Below, piece after piece: positions 51,436 to 64,000 of a stretch of 64,000 bases of DNA. The notes below the pieces were generated by a model. That model was not told where the DNA came from. It saw nothing but the letters and a program-made list of their open reading frames with translations, and searched no databases. This DNA is from Hypanus sabinus (lineage: Eukaryota). Position 1 is the first letter of the stretch; each line of letters opens with the position of its first letter. Position numbers and translations under genes: made by a program. Location: positions 137,764,001-137,828,000 of the forward strand of contig NC_082712.1 of the NCBI RefSeq assembly GCF_030144855.1, read 5' to 3'.

Positions 51436-53459
51436 CAACCCCGTAAAAGGAAGCAGAATTGGTTGTATGTTGTAAAGTAGCAATGATTCTTGTTAAACAA
51501 TCCATATGAACAGATCTATTATAACCTGTCAATGACATGACAATTCTGGACAATGTTTCTCACCCTCTGCATGTCACCTTGGCTGAACAGAGGAGTACTT
51601 TTAGTAATAGATTAAGCCATCTACTCTACTCCAATGAGCGCTGTATGAGGTCATTCTTACCCTCGACCTTTAGGCTCTATAATGAGCTAACCTATAGACG
51701 GGGAAGTGATGACCCCTCCTGTTAGACTGTTTGAGGTAACTTCCTTTTTATTCTTTCTTACTTCTCTTACAATATTTGTATATTTGAGCACTTCTAATGC
51801 TAGTGTGACATTGTAATTTAATTTAGGATCAAAAAAGTATCTATCTATACTCTTGCTGTAGAATAGTGCACAAAAATACAGTGTACACGGTGAAAGTCAA
51901 AATGATAGGTCAGCAATCATGCAGCAACTGGGCAGAGAGAAGCAAATGTTTCAGACCTGTGAACTTTCATCAGGCACTTTTCTCTGCACAGAGTTCTGTC
52001 TGGATTCCTGTGTGTTTCCAAGTTTTGACAATATCCAAGATGTCTAGTTTGGAGTATGAAAGTAAGCTGCCAGTTAATTGATGTCACTGTTGGTGTTTTT
52101 TTTTATATAATAATGCCCTTTAAGGCAAACACGAGATATTTCAGGAGTTTTTATATTACAGCTCATTGCAATTAAATGGCAGATATGACTTTCCTGAAAT
52201 TTATTAAACTTTCTCACTAGCTGCAAATTTTCAGCATCTTCTCTTTGACCTTTCTAAATTGCAGGCAGATAGTACACAATGATTAAATGGCCATTGTGTT
52301 CTGTCAGTAATTTGATTTAGAAAATATTTCATTTTCTCTTACGAATTAATTATTTTCATTTATTTCCTTCCTAATTGAACAGACTTTGCAATACGTGAGA
52401 CGAACTGAGTAATGTGTGAATGGCAAGGATTTGCACAATGAATTGAGAATTTATGTTATTTAAGAGTACTTTGTTGAATCATGATGATCTGAAGCATTCT
52501 GTTGATGCGGTGCATTTATATAACAAATGTATTGAAAATTATCGCATGATATTTTCTGGGAAAATCACCAAATATTACATGCACCATGTGAGATATTAGG
52601 GCAGATGACACTCATAAAAGTAGGCTTTGAAGAGGAAGGATTGAGGGTAAGGAGAGGAACTGCACAATTTACTGCCTAGATTTTTGGAGACACTGCCAAC
52701 AGCAAAGTCTTGATAATCTGGGAATGGTCAAAGTCTGAGCTGGAGGTTGATGGATTTGGATGAGGTGGCAAAGATACGCAGGAGTTTGAAAAGGATGAGA
52801 TTTTTAGACCAAGTGATGACTTGTCTGAATGTACCACAATGGACTGTGTGGTTTTGAGAATTATTGATAGACATAGTTTTTGTTAGCAGAATGCACACTC
52901 ACATTTTGAATGGACTTATTTTGTCATTCCTATTGTCATTCCTATTTGTCTTCCCTATGTCATGCAGGAGGACAATTAACACACCAAATCTATGCCAACT
53001 CTTGCAGAAATCTTATCCCTCAGTTTAATTCCCTGTAATCTTTTCTGTCTCACATGGTTATCTAATCTTATCTATTGCCAAATTAACTCTCAATCAGCAA
53101 GTCTTTGGGATGTGGGAGGAAATCAGAACAGCTTGGGAAATCCACAAAGTCACAGTGAAACAATTCAAACTCCACAGCGCTCAGTTCCTAAGCCTCTTTC
53201 CTCTGTGTTTTAAAGGAGTAAAAAACACAATTGTGATAGATTTTGATGCGTGAGTGGACAGAGGAAAGTTGCCGATTGCCTGCAGGAATTAATTAAGCCA
53301 CAGGGTGGCGCGATGCATTAACTGGATAGATTTTTTTCCACATTAATTTCTTCCGTTCTGAATTGACTACAAAATATTTTTATTTATAGACTAGATATGT
53401 GGGCCATGGACAATTCTAGAATTTATCCTTCATCCCACTACTGGGTCATGTCAATTTGC

Positions 53460-54150
53460 CATGAAGGTACAAAAAGATCTGAGAGCCCTAGTGCAGGTTT
53501 CCCTGATGGTTAACTTGCAAGTTGAGTCTGTGGTAAGGAAGAGAAATGCAATGTTTATTTTGGGAGGATTAGAATATAAAAACAAGGTTGTAATGCTGAG
53601 GCTTTATTAGGCATAGATCAGACTGTACTTGGAGTATTATGAGTAGTTTTGGGTCCCTTAACTAAGAAAGGATTTGCTGGCATTGGAGAGGGTCCAGAGG
53701 AGGATCATGAGAATCATCTTGGGAATGAAAGGGTTAATGTATGAGGAGCATCTGATGTCTTTGGGCCTGTACTAGCTAGAGTTTAGAAGGATGAGGGGAG
53801 AACTGAATATTGAAAGACCTAGATGGTGTGATGTGGGTAAGATGTTTTGTCTAGTGGAGGAATCTAGGACCAGAGGGCACAGCCTCAGAATACAAGGACG
53901 TCCTTTTAGAACAGAGATAAGGAGGAATTTATTTAACCACAGAGTGGTAAATCTGTGGAATTCTTTGTCTCAAACAGCTATGAAGGCCAAGTCACTAGAT
54001 ATATTTGAAGTGGAGGTTGATATGTTATTGATTAGTAAAGGAGTCAAACTTTATGGGAAGAAGGCAGGAAAATGGGATTGAGAGGGATAATGACACAATG
54101 GAATGGCAGAGCAGACTTGATGTGGCAGATGGCTTAATTCTGCTCCTATG
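53460..54150 (+). mobile_element. Decayed CR1 3' fragment
   Basis: ESRTRGHSLRIQGRPFRTEIRRNLFNHRVVNLWNSL followed by 3' UTR. Confidence 0.85.
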
Positions 54151-54399
54151 TTTTGTGCACTTCACTTTCGCTGTAGCTGTTACACTTCACTCTGCATTGT
54201 TATTGTTCTACCTCAATGCACTGTGTAATGATTTGTTCTGTGTGAACAGTATGTTGACAAGCTATTGTGGTGTATGTGGCAATAATGAATCAATTCCATT
54301 AGGAATGGCTTTTGCACTTGTATGATAATCATGGTTTCAGATCATACCCGGGTACTAACTCCACTGGTTACAGTAGACGACCTCAACAGATCTTCTTGA

Positions 54400-55250
54400 A
54401 TGCTTGTCCATTCATTCCTCCCCACTGATCTCCCTCCCTGATCCTGTAAGCAGAACAAGTGCCACACCAGCCCCTACATCTCCTCACTCACCTCCATACA
54501 AGGCCCTAAATATTCCTTCCAGGTGTGGCACCACTTCACCTGCAAATCTCCTTGGGGTTGTCTACTGTATCCCATGTTCCCAGTGCAGCTTCCTCTACAT
54601 TGTTGAGACCCAACACAATTCGGGGGACCGCTTTGTTGAACACTTCATCTTCAAAGGGTGGAATTTCCCTCTGGACAACCATTTTAACTTTTATCTGCAT
54701 TCCCTTTCCAACATGTTGGTCCGTGGCCTCCTCTTTTGCCACGATGAGGCCCCTCTCAGGGTGATGGAACAACACCTTCTATTCTTTCCAGGCAGCTTCC
54801 AACCTGATGACATGAGCATCAATTTCTCCTTCCAGTAATATTTTTCTTTTTCCCCTCCCCATTCCCACTTCTTCTATTCACCACTCTGGCCTCTTACCCC
54901 TTCTCTTCACCTGCCTATTGCCTTCCACTGGTGCCACCCCCCCCTCCTTTTTTCCTATGGTCCACTCTCCTCTCCTATCAGATTTCTTCTTCTCCATCCC
55001 TTGACCTTTCCTGCCCAGCCAGCCTCACCAATCACCTTATAGCTATCTTCCTTCTCCTTCCCCTCCTCCTCCCCCTTTTTTTAAACTGGCTTCTTCAACC
55101 TTCCTTTCCAGTCCTGTTGAAGGTTTCTCTGGCCAAAACATCAAATGTTTATTCATTTTCATAGATGCTGCCTGACTTGCTGTGTTCCTCCAGCATTGCT
55201 TGTGTGTTGCTCCGGATTTCCAGCATCTGCAGGATCTCCTCTGTTTATGA
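54400..55250 (+). mobile_element. Decayed Penelope-like element (GIY-YIG and tail)
   Basis: VVYCIPCSQCSFLYIVET...EQHLLF...FQPDDMSINFS, pyrimidine tract, cagcatctgcag tail. Confidence 0.82.
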
Positions 55251-55734
55251 ATCACTAGATAATCTGTTTAATCAACGTTGATTGGCAAATACCTTTTGAG
55301 TAAGCTATCAAAACTTAACCATAATTCAAAACCTGTAGGTATATTCATTCACAAATGGGCTTCTCTGGGCTAGTATTTCTGACCTTCTTTAATTACAGTT
55401 CCAGAGGGAAAGTTGTTTTACCTTCCAGGTTACAACAGACAGCTACACTGGTCTGGGTCTAAGGTTACATGTGGGCCAGAAAGGGAAGATGGAAGATTCT
55501 TCCCTGATAAAAATTAGTGAACCAGATAGATTGCACAAAATATGATAATTTTATTGTTGGCATTGATCATATTAGTGTTTTATTCCAACTTTACTTAAAT
55601 ACTTGAATTTAAATTCTCCAATTACCTAGTTTGGATTCTCCAAATCAGCAATAGCACAGCTCTGAATATCAGGTCACAATCTTACCATAACCTATCACTT
55701 TGTGGGATCTGTTATTTCCATTTGAGATACAAAG

Positions 55735-55890
55735 CAGGGCCTGGCCTCAGTTTAACATGTCATTCAGTAATGAAACACCAATTTACACTGTAGTGGGATG
55801 TTAGCCAGCTTATATGCAGATCCCTGGTGTGGAATAAACCTGGAGCATTTTGACAAAGAGATGTGAAGGTACTAGCCTTGCCACAGCCTC
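55735..55890 (-). mobile_element. Possible Deu-domain SINE remnant
   Basis: Reverse complement gaatgacatgttaaactgaggcc..ccctgc resembles the Deu-domain core, preceded by a tRNA-like head. Confidence 0.4.
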
Positions 55891-58800
55891 ATACGTTTTT
55901 ACACTTTTTCGTTAACAAGGATGAATTCAAAGTAGAGAAAAGAAAAAGCCAAGTTATTTTCATAAGACCCAATTAAAAAAGCACATTGACAAATTATTGA
56001 TTAACCAATAGCCATGATCAAGACCAACTTCAAAAGAGAGAAATTTGAACATATTAACTACAGAGAAGTCTCCCTTCTGTCTGGTCACAGGGAGAGTCAT
56101 TGCCGAGTTACTTCTCCTGATAGAAAAATTGCTTCCAGAATTACGAACATCATGGAACCTCTTCATCCAGAAGCAAAAAGGACACAAGCATTAGCATGCA
56201 TATGTAACCAGCTGACGTGAATTTTATTTTTTTATTGTTAAAAGTGCATTTATCTATTCACCCTGGTAATGCTAAAATAATTGCCTGTGCTTTAAGAGAA
56301 AAGAGTGACCTCATTATGCATGTGCGGAGTGGAAAAAAGAGTTCAATGTTCCAGAAAGACCAGCACCAAGTATCGGGCATACTGGTCGTACGATGAGGAA
56401 AAATTTTCACAAGTATTGGCGCCGGATAGCATGGTCGTGTAAAGTTCCTTATTTATGTAGTAGAAATACCATTACTGTATCAGTTTTGTATATTTTGTTA
56501 TTATTTATTTTCATACTGTATATGTAACTAGTTGATACACAAATGTGTGGACCAAAATTAAGCTGAGATTGTAAAGGCAGAAACTTCTTTAAAATTCATT
56601 TTGTTGTATTTATTTTGATACCCTCTTTCTGCATTAAAATATCTAAAACAGATAAAGGAATTAAAGATCTGAAAAAGTATTTCTTGTCCTGAGGGTGTAT
56701 CATTTCAATATTCCAAAATAAATACAAAGAGCATCATCAATATTTAATAGGCTTTTGCTCTGACTCAGTCAACCTAGAGGTAACTGTGGATACTTCTCAA
56801 ACTTGGTTGCCCACAGACATTTGTCTCCATCTTGTGTCAGCTTATTGATGGTCTTCGAGCCATGACCTGAGCTAATGGGTCCAAAACAGACCCATTCTCA
56901 GTGGAAACTGCTTACAACAAAGGGACAAATAACAAATTCATTCGATTTCAGGTCACACTATTTTCAAAAGAATATTACTAAACGCCTCCATCATTAACAG
57001 GCAAATCTTGTTAATGACTCTACATACAGAAGATGAATAGATGTTCAAAATACGTTACCCTAATAATTTCTACTGAGAATTCTATAATCAAATTAAAAAT
57101 GTATTTGACAAGAGGCACAAAAGCAAAACTAAATGAAAAACAAAGAAACAAATGTAAGCACACATCCCAGTAATTCAGAGATAAAAAGACAATAAATGGT
57201 AAGAAAACAATAGTAGGAAGAAAATGTGAAAATGAAAACTTAGATGGTATATCAAAGCAATACAAGCTACTCAATGAGAAGTTCTAGAGAAACTTGGTCC
57301 CCTTGAAATATCATTATGTTTTGTAAATGAAAGCAAGAATCAGAGGGCAAGTTGAATGATTACTTCGTGTCAATATTTAAAACAGAAGAAGCGGAAAATA
57401 GACACAATATCCCAAGGAGGAAGTACAGAGTCGAGGATGAAGACCTAAAAAATTGATGCAAATAATCTGAAGTACTGACAAGTAGAATAATGGATGGAAG
57501 AGTTGCAGACATGCAGGATCAAACTCCGCAGGATCAAAATGAAACTATTTTAGACCCTGACAATAATCTTGCAAAATCCACTCAATATGGAAACCCTTAT
57601 CTATAATTGCTGAGTTGAACATCACTTTCTTGTTCTGATCACTTGGAGGTCAGCTCTCCACTTGAATTTTCAGTGGTAGTCCAGAGGAAATTCGGAAAAA
57701 TCTTCTTAACCCAATGAGTAAAGAATATGTTAAACTCCACACAAGTGATTGAAACATTCAATATAGATGCATCCAAGCTCCAACATTATTCTGAAAAGAA
57801 CAGTAGATAGTGACAGTGAGGTACAATGCTCAGTGAATCAGAAAGAGCAAACCGTAAGGTCAATTTAGACACACCTTGGGTCCTCTTGATCAGTACAATC
57901 TAACATTCAAACTTGGAACCATCCAAGTCTTTAAACCTCAAACAAAGAATGGATATGCCTTTGTCAACCGAGCAAGGCAGTAATAGAATACTCACCGTAA
58001 GATATGCAAATGGTACAAAGTAATGCTGGAATTTTTGTCTTATTTCTACATCAGGACTTCTAGCTATGCCATTGAACTCAATAGTGACCCCAAAATGGCA
58101 CTAAATGGATTGGTTAAACTTTCCTCTTAATCCACCTTAACGCCATGACTGATTAGGAGTGGTAGCGCTTTTCATTAAAATGATACATTCAAGTCAAGTG
58201 TTCTATTTTTTTTATTTCATTGTGTATTTAAATTTTATTGCAAAAGTATCTCAATTATTTAAACTAATTTTAACTGTTTTTGAATGTTTCTGAATATTAA
58301 CAGTTTAAAGATAAAAATGAAATGTCCTGAACAACAATGAGCTGTTGAGTGCTATCAGAGTTAGGTCTTGGGTGTCACTACCTGGGGCTCATGACCAGCC
58401 GAGTCTGAATAGAAGATATTAAATATTTAAATCCTTGCAGAAAATAATATTACATTGAATTTAGTAGCATTCCATTAGGAATCTCTCATCCAAAAGTATC
58501 TTAAACAGATGTACATGTCTCAATATGAAAATTATTGTCATTGTATTTCAATGTGAATATTGGATAAAGTGGAGTTAGTTGATTAACTGATCCTTGACAG
58601 GATAAATTTAATATTGGCATCAACAATGGATTCCTGCTAAAGGTCCTTAGTTGCCCAAGAGACTGCTAGATTGAGAAATATTCAGAAATTTAATTTGCAA
58701 ATTTGAAATTTTGCTGCAAGCATTTCTGTTAAGTATCATCCAATCACAATGATATATTAAATGTCATCCTCATCCACGTAATTCTCATCAAGTAATATTT

Positions 58801-59295
58801 AATTACATCCTCCTGTCATTTCTGTTTCTATCATGCTATTTGCACAACTGTATATCATACTTCAGTGGCACAATCAATGCAGACCATTAATTTTGCTCAG
58901 TTGTTTCAGTTCTTCACTCTTGGATATGAAGCTAAATGATACTTACTATGACTGTCTTTAACTCCACCCTGTATCGGCCACTAAAAAACCATCAAAATCT
59001 ATTGTGTATGCAGTCAACGATGGAACTCTAAAAGTCCCCAAAAGAGGATTGCAAAGATTCATTGTTTTTAAAGTGAAGAAATTTCTCAACATTTTAGTCC
59101 TAAACGCCCCCCCCCCTTAAATTGAGCCTTATATGTATTGGATTGGATTGGTTTAATATAAATGTAAGTGCTTTTCACAGATTATTGACAGGACATGAAC
59201 ATTTTCTGTAAATAACCTAATAAGTTAATGAAACGTTGGCCTTTATATGGAAGCATGGAAATCACACTATAGATGGACAAAATTATGTTTAGATG

Positions 59296-60445
59296 AGAAT
59301 CAGAATCAGGTTTATTATCACCGGCATGTGATGTGAAATTTGTTAACTTAGCAGCAGCAGTTCAATCCGGTACATTATCTAGCAGAGATAAATAATAGTA
59401 ATAATAATAAATGGAAATAAAAAATAATAATAAATAAACAAGTAAATCAATTATGTATATTGAATATATTTTAAAAATGTACAAAAACAGAAATACTGTA
59501 TATTAAAAGATAATTAGATAGTCCAAAGGTTCAACGTCCATTTAGGAATCGGATGGCAGAGGGGAAGAAGCTGTTCCTGAATCACTGAGTGGGTTCCTCT
59601 GGGCTTCTGTATCTCCTACCTGATGGTAACAATGAGAAAAGGGCATGCTCTTGGGTGATGGAGGTCCTTAATAATTGACGCTGACTTTCTGAGACACCGC
59701 TCCCTAAAGATGTCCTGGATACTTTGTAGGCTAGTACCCAAGATGGAGCTGACTAGATTTACAACCTTCTGCAGCTTCTTTCAGTCCTGTACAGTAGCAC
59801 CTCCATACCAGACAGTGATGCAGCCTGCCAGAATGCTCTCCAAGATACAACTATAAAAATATTTGTTGACATGCCAAATTTATTCTAATAAAGCATAGCT
59901 GCTGTCTTGCCTTCTTTATAACTATGTTGGTATGTTGGGACCAGGTTAGATCTTCAGAGATCTTGACACTGCTTACTTTCTCCACTTCTGATCCCTCTAT
60001 GAGGATTGACATCTGTTCCTTTGTCTTACCCTTCCTGAAGTCCACAATCAGCTCTTCCATCTTACTGATGTTAAGTGCCAGGTTGTTGCCGTGGCACCAC
60101 TCCACTAGTTGGCATATCTCACTCCTGTATGTCCTCTCGTCACCACCTGAGATTCTACCAACAATGGTTGTATTGTCAGCAAATTTATAGATGGTATTTG
60201 AGCTATGCCTAGCCACACAGTCATGTGTATATAGAGAGCAGGGCAGTGGGATAAGCACACACCCCTGAGGTGCACCAGTGTTGATCATCAGCGAGGAGGA
60301 TATGTTATCACCAATCCACACAGGCTGTGGTCTTCTGGTTAGAAAGTCGAGGATCCAGTTGCAGAGGGAGGTACAGAGGCCCAAGTTCTGCAACTTCTCA
60401 ATCAGGATTGTGGGAATGATGGTATTAAATGCTGAGCTATAGTCG
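59296..60445 (-). mobile_element. Rex1/Babar-type LINE (RT and 3' tail)
   Basis: DYSSAFNTI...CNWILDFLT...TGAPQGCVL...KFADNTT; (CTGATT)n tail at the left end. Confidence 0.9.
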
Positions 60446-62695
60446 TAGGTGTTTGGTGTCACTGGATTCCTGTGTTTAGCTTAAGGCCTTGTCCTTTAGG
60501 ATCAAAATTGAATGAAATATTAAGTAAATGCTACTTGGACTATGAGGGTTAAATTAGCAGGAGTGATTGTATAAACTGGACCTTTATTTGTTGGAACCTG
60601 AAAAATTAATATGTAATTTCATTGGAGTTATTAATTGCATTATTAAAATGATCTAGGTATAAAGGAGGACCAAAATGATAGAGAATTAATTATAACTGGT
60701 TATGAGGAAGTGGGTGGTGCCTAGGATATTGGATTCATAGTTTAGGAGAAATCAGGCCATCCAAAGTGTGGTAGAAATGTTAAATGGCAGATGATGCTGG
60801 ATCGATCGTTACTTTTAAAGCTGAAATTAAGCTAAAAGGATCAAGGAATACAAAGTAAAGGAGGATATGGAGTTCATTTAGCGATCACTTGTTATTTTTT
60901 AAAATTGTGGCTTGGAGGCCGCAAGAGGCTACTACTGTACCTATGATGATATTAGTTTTGTTGATTGCAACGTTTTAAACTCAGACAATGTTCTTAAGCC
61001 CTATTGGATAAATAACCATGAGTACTTTCACTAAAGGGAGTTTTTACTGTAACCACCCAATCTTCAAAAAATAGTTCACTTCCTTGTTTATTCTTCACAG
61101 TGCATTTTGATGCCAATACCCACTATTCAAGTGGTGGGTCCCCTCTTCCTTACCACAGCGAAGATGCTTCCAGCTGACAAAGTAGTTTAAAACAAACATG
61201 AGAAAATCGGCTGATGCCAGAAATCCAAGGCAACACACACAAAATACTGGAGGAACTCAGCAGGTCAGGCAGCATCTCTGGGAATGAATAAACAGTCAAC
61301 ATTTCATGGTGAGTTCCTTCTTCAGAACTGGAAAAAAAGTTAAAATCAAGTTCATTTATTTTCAGTTATGCACATTTAAATCAAAGCAACGTTCTGAAAA
61401 CACACTTAAAATTCATAGAGGATTTCCAAAATACAAACCATTTCTAAAATGCAAAGCGTTTCCAAAACACTTTCTATAAACTAAAAGGACATAGCAATGA
61501 TGGACACAAAGAACTCAACTGTTTCAGAAATTGAAGTCAATAGAATGGACTGTCGTTCACCGCATATTTCTTTCATGCTTCTTGATGTTCCATACCGCAT
61601 TTCTAATAAGCCTGAACTGGTGTCTACATTTACACTAGTTATTTGTTTGACTTCACATACATGTGAAATTTCCTCAGATAACCTTTTTACACGTATGGTC
61701 TAAAAGCTTTTCGGAGACCCAGATCATAACTACCCGTAATTAATGCTGTGAAGCTAACTTCTCTGAGTACACAAAACTTTTAATTTATTAACAGATCAGT
61801 AATTGATATGCTAAGTGTTTGTTTCCATCTGGCCTGAAAACTTGTTTGAACTGAGCAGCTTAGTCAACATTGACTATTTAGAAACAAACCAAATTAAATA
61901 ATCCATTGGTTTATACTGCATCTTTTGAGAAATAAGGCAGGGTTTATAGGCCAGCAACCTTCTCTATAGACAGGGCTTATTTGCAAAATGGTGTTTTTAC
62001 TTTCAAGCTGATTACTACTTGCCATTTACATTTTAAGAACTTTAGACTGGCTCCTATTTACGGCCTGAAGCTAAACAAAGCGTATCTTTGGAAGTTTTTT
62101 TAACAACTGTTTGATCTTTCAAGTGATAGCTGCTGTGTTTGGAATGCTAGCTTTGCAAAAATAAACCAAAGACTTCCAGGAACCAAATATACTTTTGTTG
62201 GAATGTTGGAAACTATTAAAGATACCATGCATCAATTTTTGATTTGTTCCTACTCATCTTACCGACAAATATAAAATCTGCCTGCTGCATAAATTATTTT
62301 CAGGCTAGTTCTTGGTTTTGGAGTCCATTATTTACAGCGAAATTCTGAGCTACAGTCCACTGGAGACTAAGTATGGGAAGACAGCAAAATCATTTTCAGG
62401 CATTGATTTCCTCTGTTGGTTTAATCAGTAATTTTACTGTAAGCATTTGTCAGAAGTTGATGTAAAATTGATCAGCTGTGGCACTTTTTCCTTCTGCTGT
62501 TTTGTGCTCATTGCTGTGACGTCTTGAAGCTTTGGCACTAGCATTGTTATGCCTGTTCAAGGGCATATGTAAGGAGGCAATTTCAACAATTTAGTGTTTA
62601 TCCACCACTATTGGGGCGGGAGGGGGAAGTATTCTAGTGAAAGGGATAGAAATAATGAAAAGTCAAATCAGATTATTCGTATTTCTGAAGTCTTG

Positions 62696-63628
62696 ATCAG
62701 AATCCAAATCTGGTTTATCATCACTGCGTTGTGAAATTAGTTTGTCTTGCAGCAGGAGTGTAATATGGAAATTACTATATGTTACAATAGGAAACATATA
62801 GAAAGTAAGCAGTGCAAAATAAAGGAAAATGGTGAGTTCATGGGCCTTTCAGACACCTCATGGAAGAGGAGAAGAAGCTGTTCCTGAAACACTGAGTGTG
62901 TGTCTTCAGGCTCCTGTACCTCTGTTCTCATAGTGGTAATGAGAAGAGGGCATGTCCTGGATGGTGAGGGTCCTTAATGGCGGATGCCACTGTCTCGAGG
63001 ATGGTATCACCTTCTGAAGATGTTGGAGAAGCTAGTGTCCGTGATGGAGCTAGCTGAGTCTAAATCCTCCTGCAGCTTTTTTTTTCTGTTCTTGTACATT
63101 GGAGCCTCAATGCCACATGGTGATGCAATCAGTCAGAATGGTCTCTAGGGTACAAATGTAGAACTTTGCTAGAGTCTTCGGTGACATACTTAATCTCCTC
63201 AAGCTCCTAATGGCACAGGATAGATCTTCAGAGAAGTTGACAGCCAGGAACTTGAAGTTGTTCATCTTTTCCACTGATGACTCTCCCATGAGGGCTGGCG
63301 TATGTTCCCTTGGCTTCTGCTTTTTAAGTCCACGATCAATTTCTTAGTGATACTGACGTTAGGTGCAAGGCTGTTACTGCGGCATTGTCATCCTGGCCAT
63401 ACAGGCGGTCAATCACACACCTGTACGTCGCTTCGTCACCATCTGAGATTCTGCCAAACCACTTGTGTCATCAGCAAATTTACAGATGGCGTTTTGAGTT
63501 GCGCCTAGCCACAAAATCATGGGTGCAGAGAGAGTACTGTAGAGCATTTGGCTAAGCACGCATCCTTGAGGTGAGCCAGTGCTGATCGTCAGCGACAAGA
63601 TGTTATTCCGGATCCGCACTTGACCCAT
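62696..63628 (-). mobile_element. Rex1/Babar-type LINE fragment
   Basis: STGSPQGCVLS...KFADDT; FYICTLETILTDCITMW; degenerate tail near 62700. Confidence 0.85.
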
Positions 63629-64000
63629 TTATGACCTTGGCTCCAGCTACACACGCGCACACACTCACTCACAAAAGCTTTATTTTTATTTGGTCGCTAA
63701 TAATTCGGAATCAAACGGTTCAGGTACTTTCTGTCATACTTTTCTTCGGGGATGTAGCTTCAGTTCTCAGAAGGACCAGAACATTGTGGAAGGCGACCAC
63801 GTTTGGGTGGATGCAGGTAACCGAATGCATGTTACTGAGCAAGGAGACGAACAGTGTTGGTATTGTACAACTCTCAGATAGCATTCACTTGGATACCATT
63901 AGATATCTGATATCCATTCTGTTAAAATTTATATAGTAGAGATTATTAATAGAATTTGATGCATTCTGTTTTCAACCTGATGTTTTATTTGATACAATGT

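Noticed and set aside
51850-64000. Expected first exons of PLEKHA7
   Set aside because: No CpG island or WW/PH-domain exon recognised in this window.

Overview
Vertebrate genomic DNA. The repeat landscape (CR1 LINEs, Rex1/Babar LINEs, Penelope-like elements, V-SINE/Deu-SINE remnants) points to a cartilaginous fish, probably a ray; this is an inference. Three host genes lie on the + strand: (1) the last two coding exons and 3' UTR of PIK3C2A; (2) the complete six-exon RPS13 gene (151 aa) with a CpG-island/TOP promoter and three intronic U14/SNORD14 snoRNAs; (3) a three-exon, ~413-aa PPP1R15-family (GADD34/CReP-like) gene at 33964-44885. Its position after PIK3C2A-RPS13 suggests a third PPP1R15 ohnologue that mammals lack, and both its PP1-docking motif (KLRF) and its eIF2alpha-binding motif (DRASF) are altered. 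The rest is mostly transposon-derived: a near-intact Buster-type hAT element with an 8-bp TSD, a solo LTR, nested CR1s, Penelope-like elements carrying minimal hammerhead ribozyme motifs, and a decayed 7SL RNA copy. All coordinates were read by hand; boundaries of old repeats are approximate.
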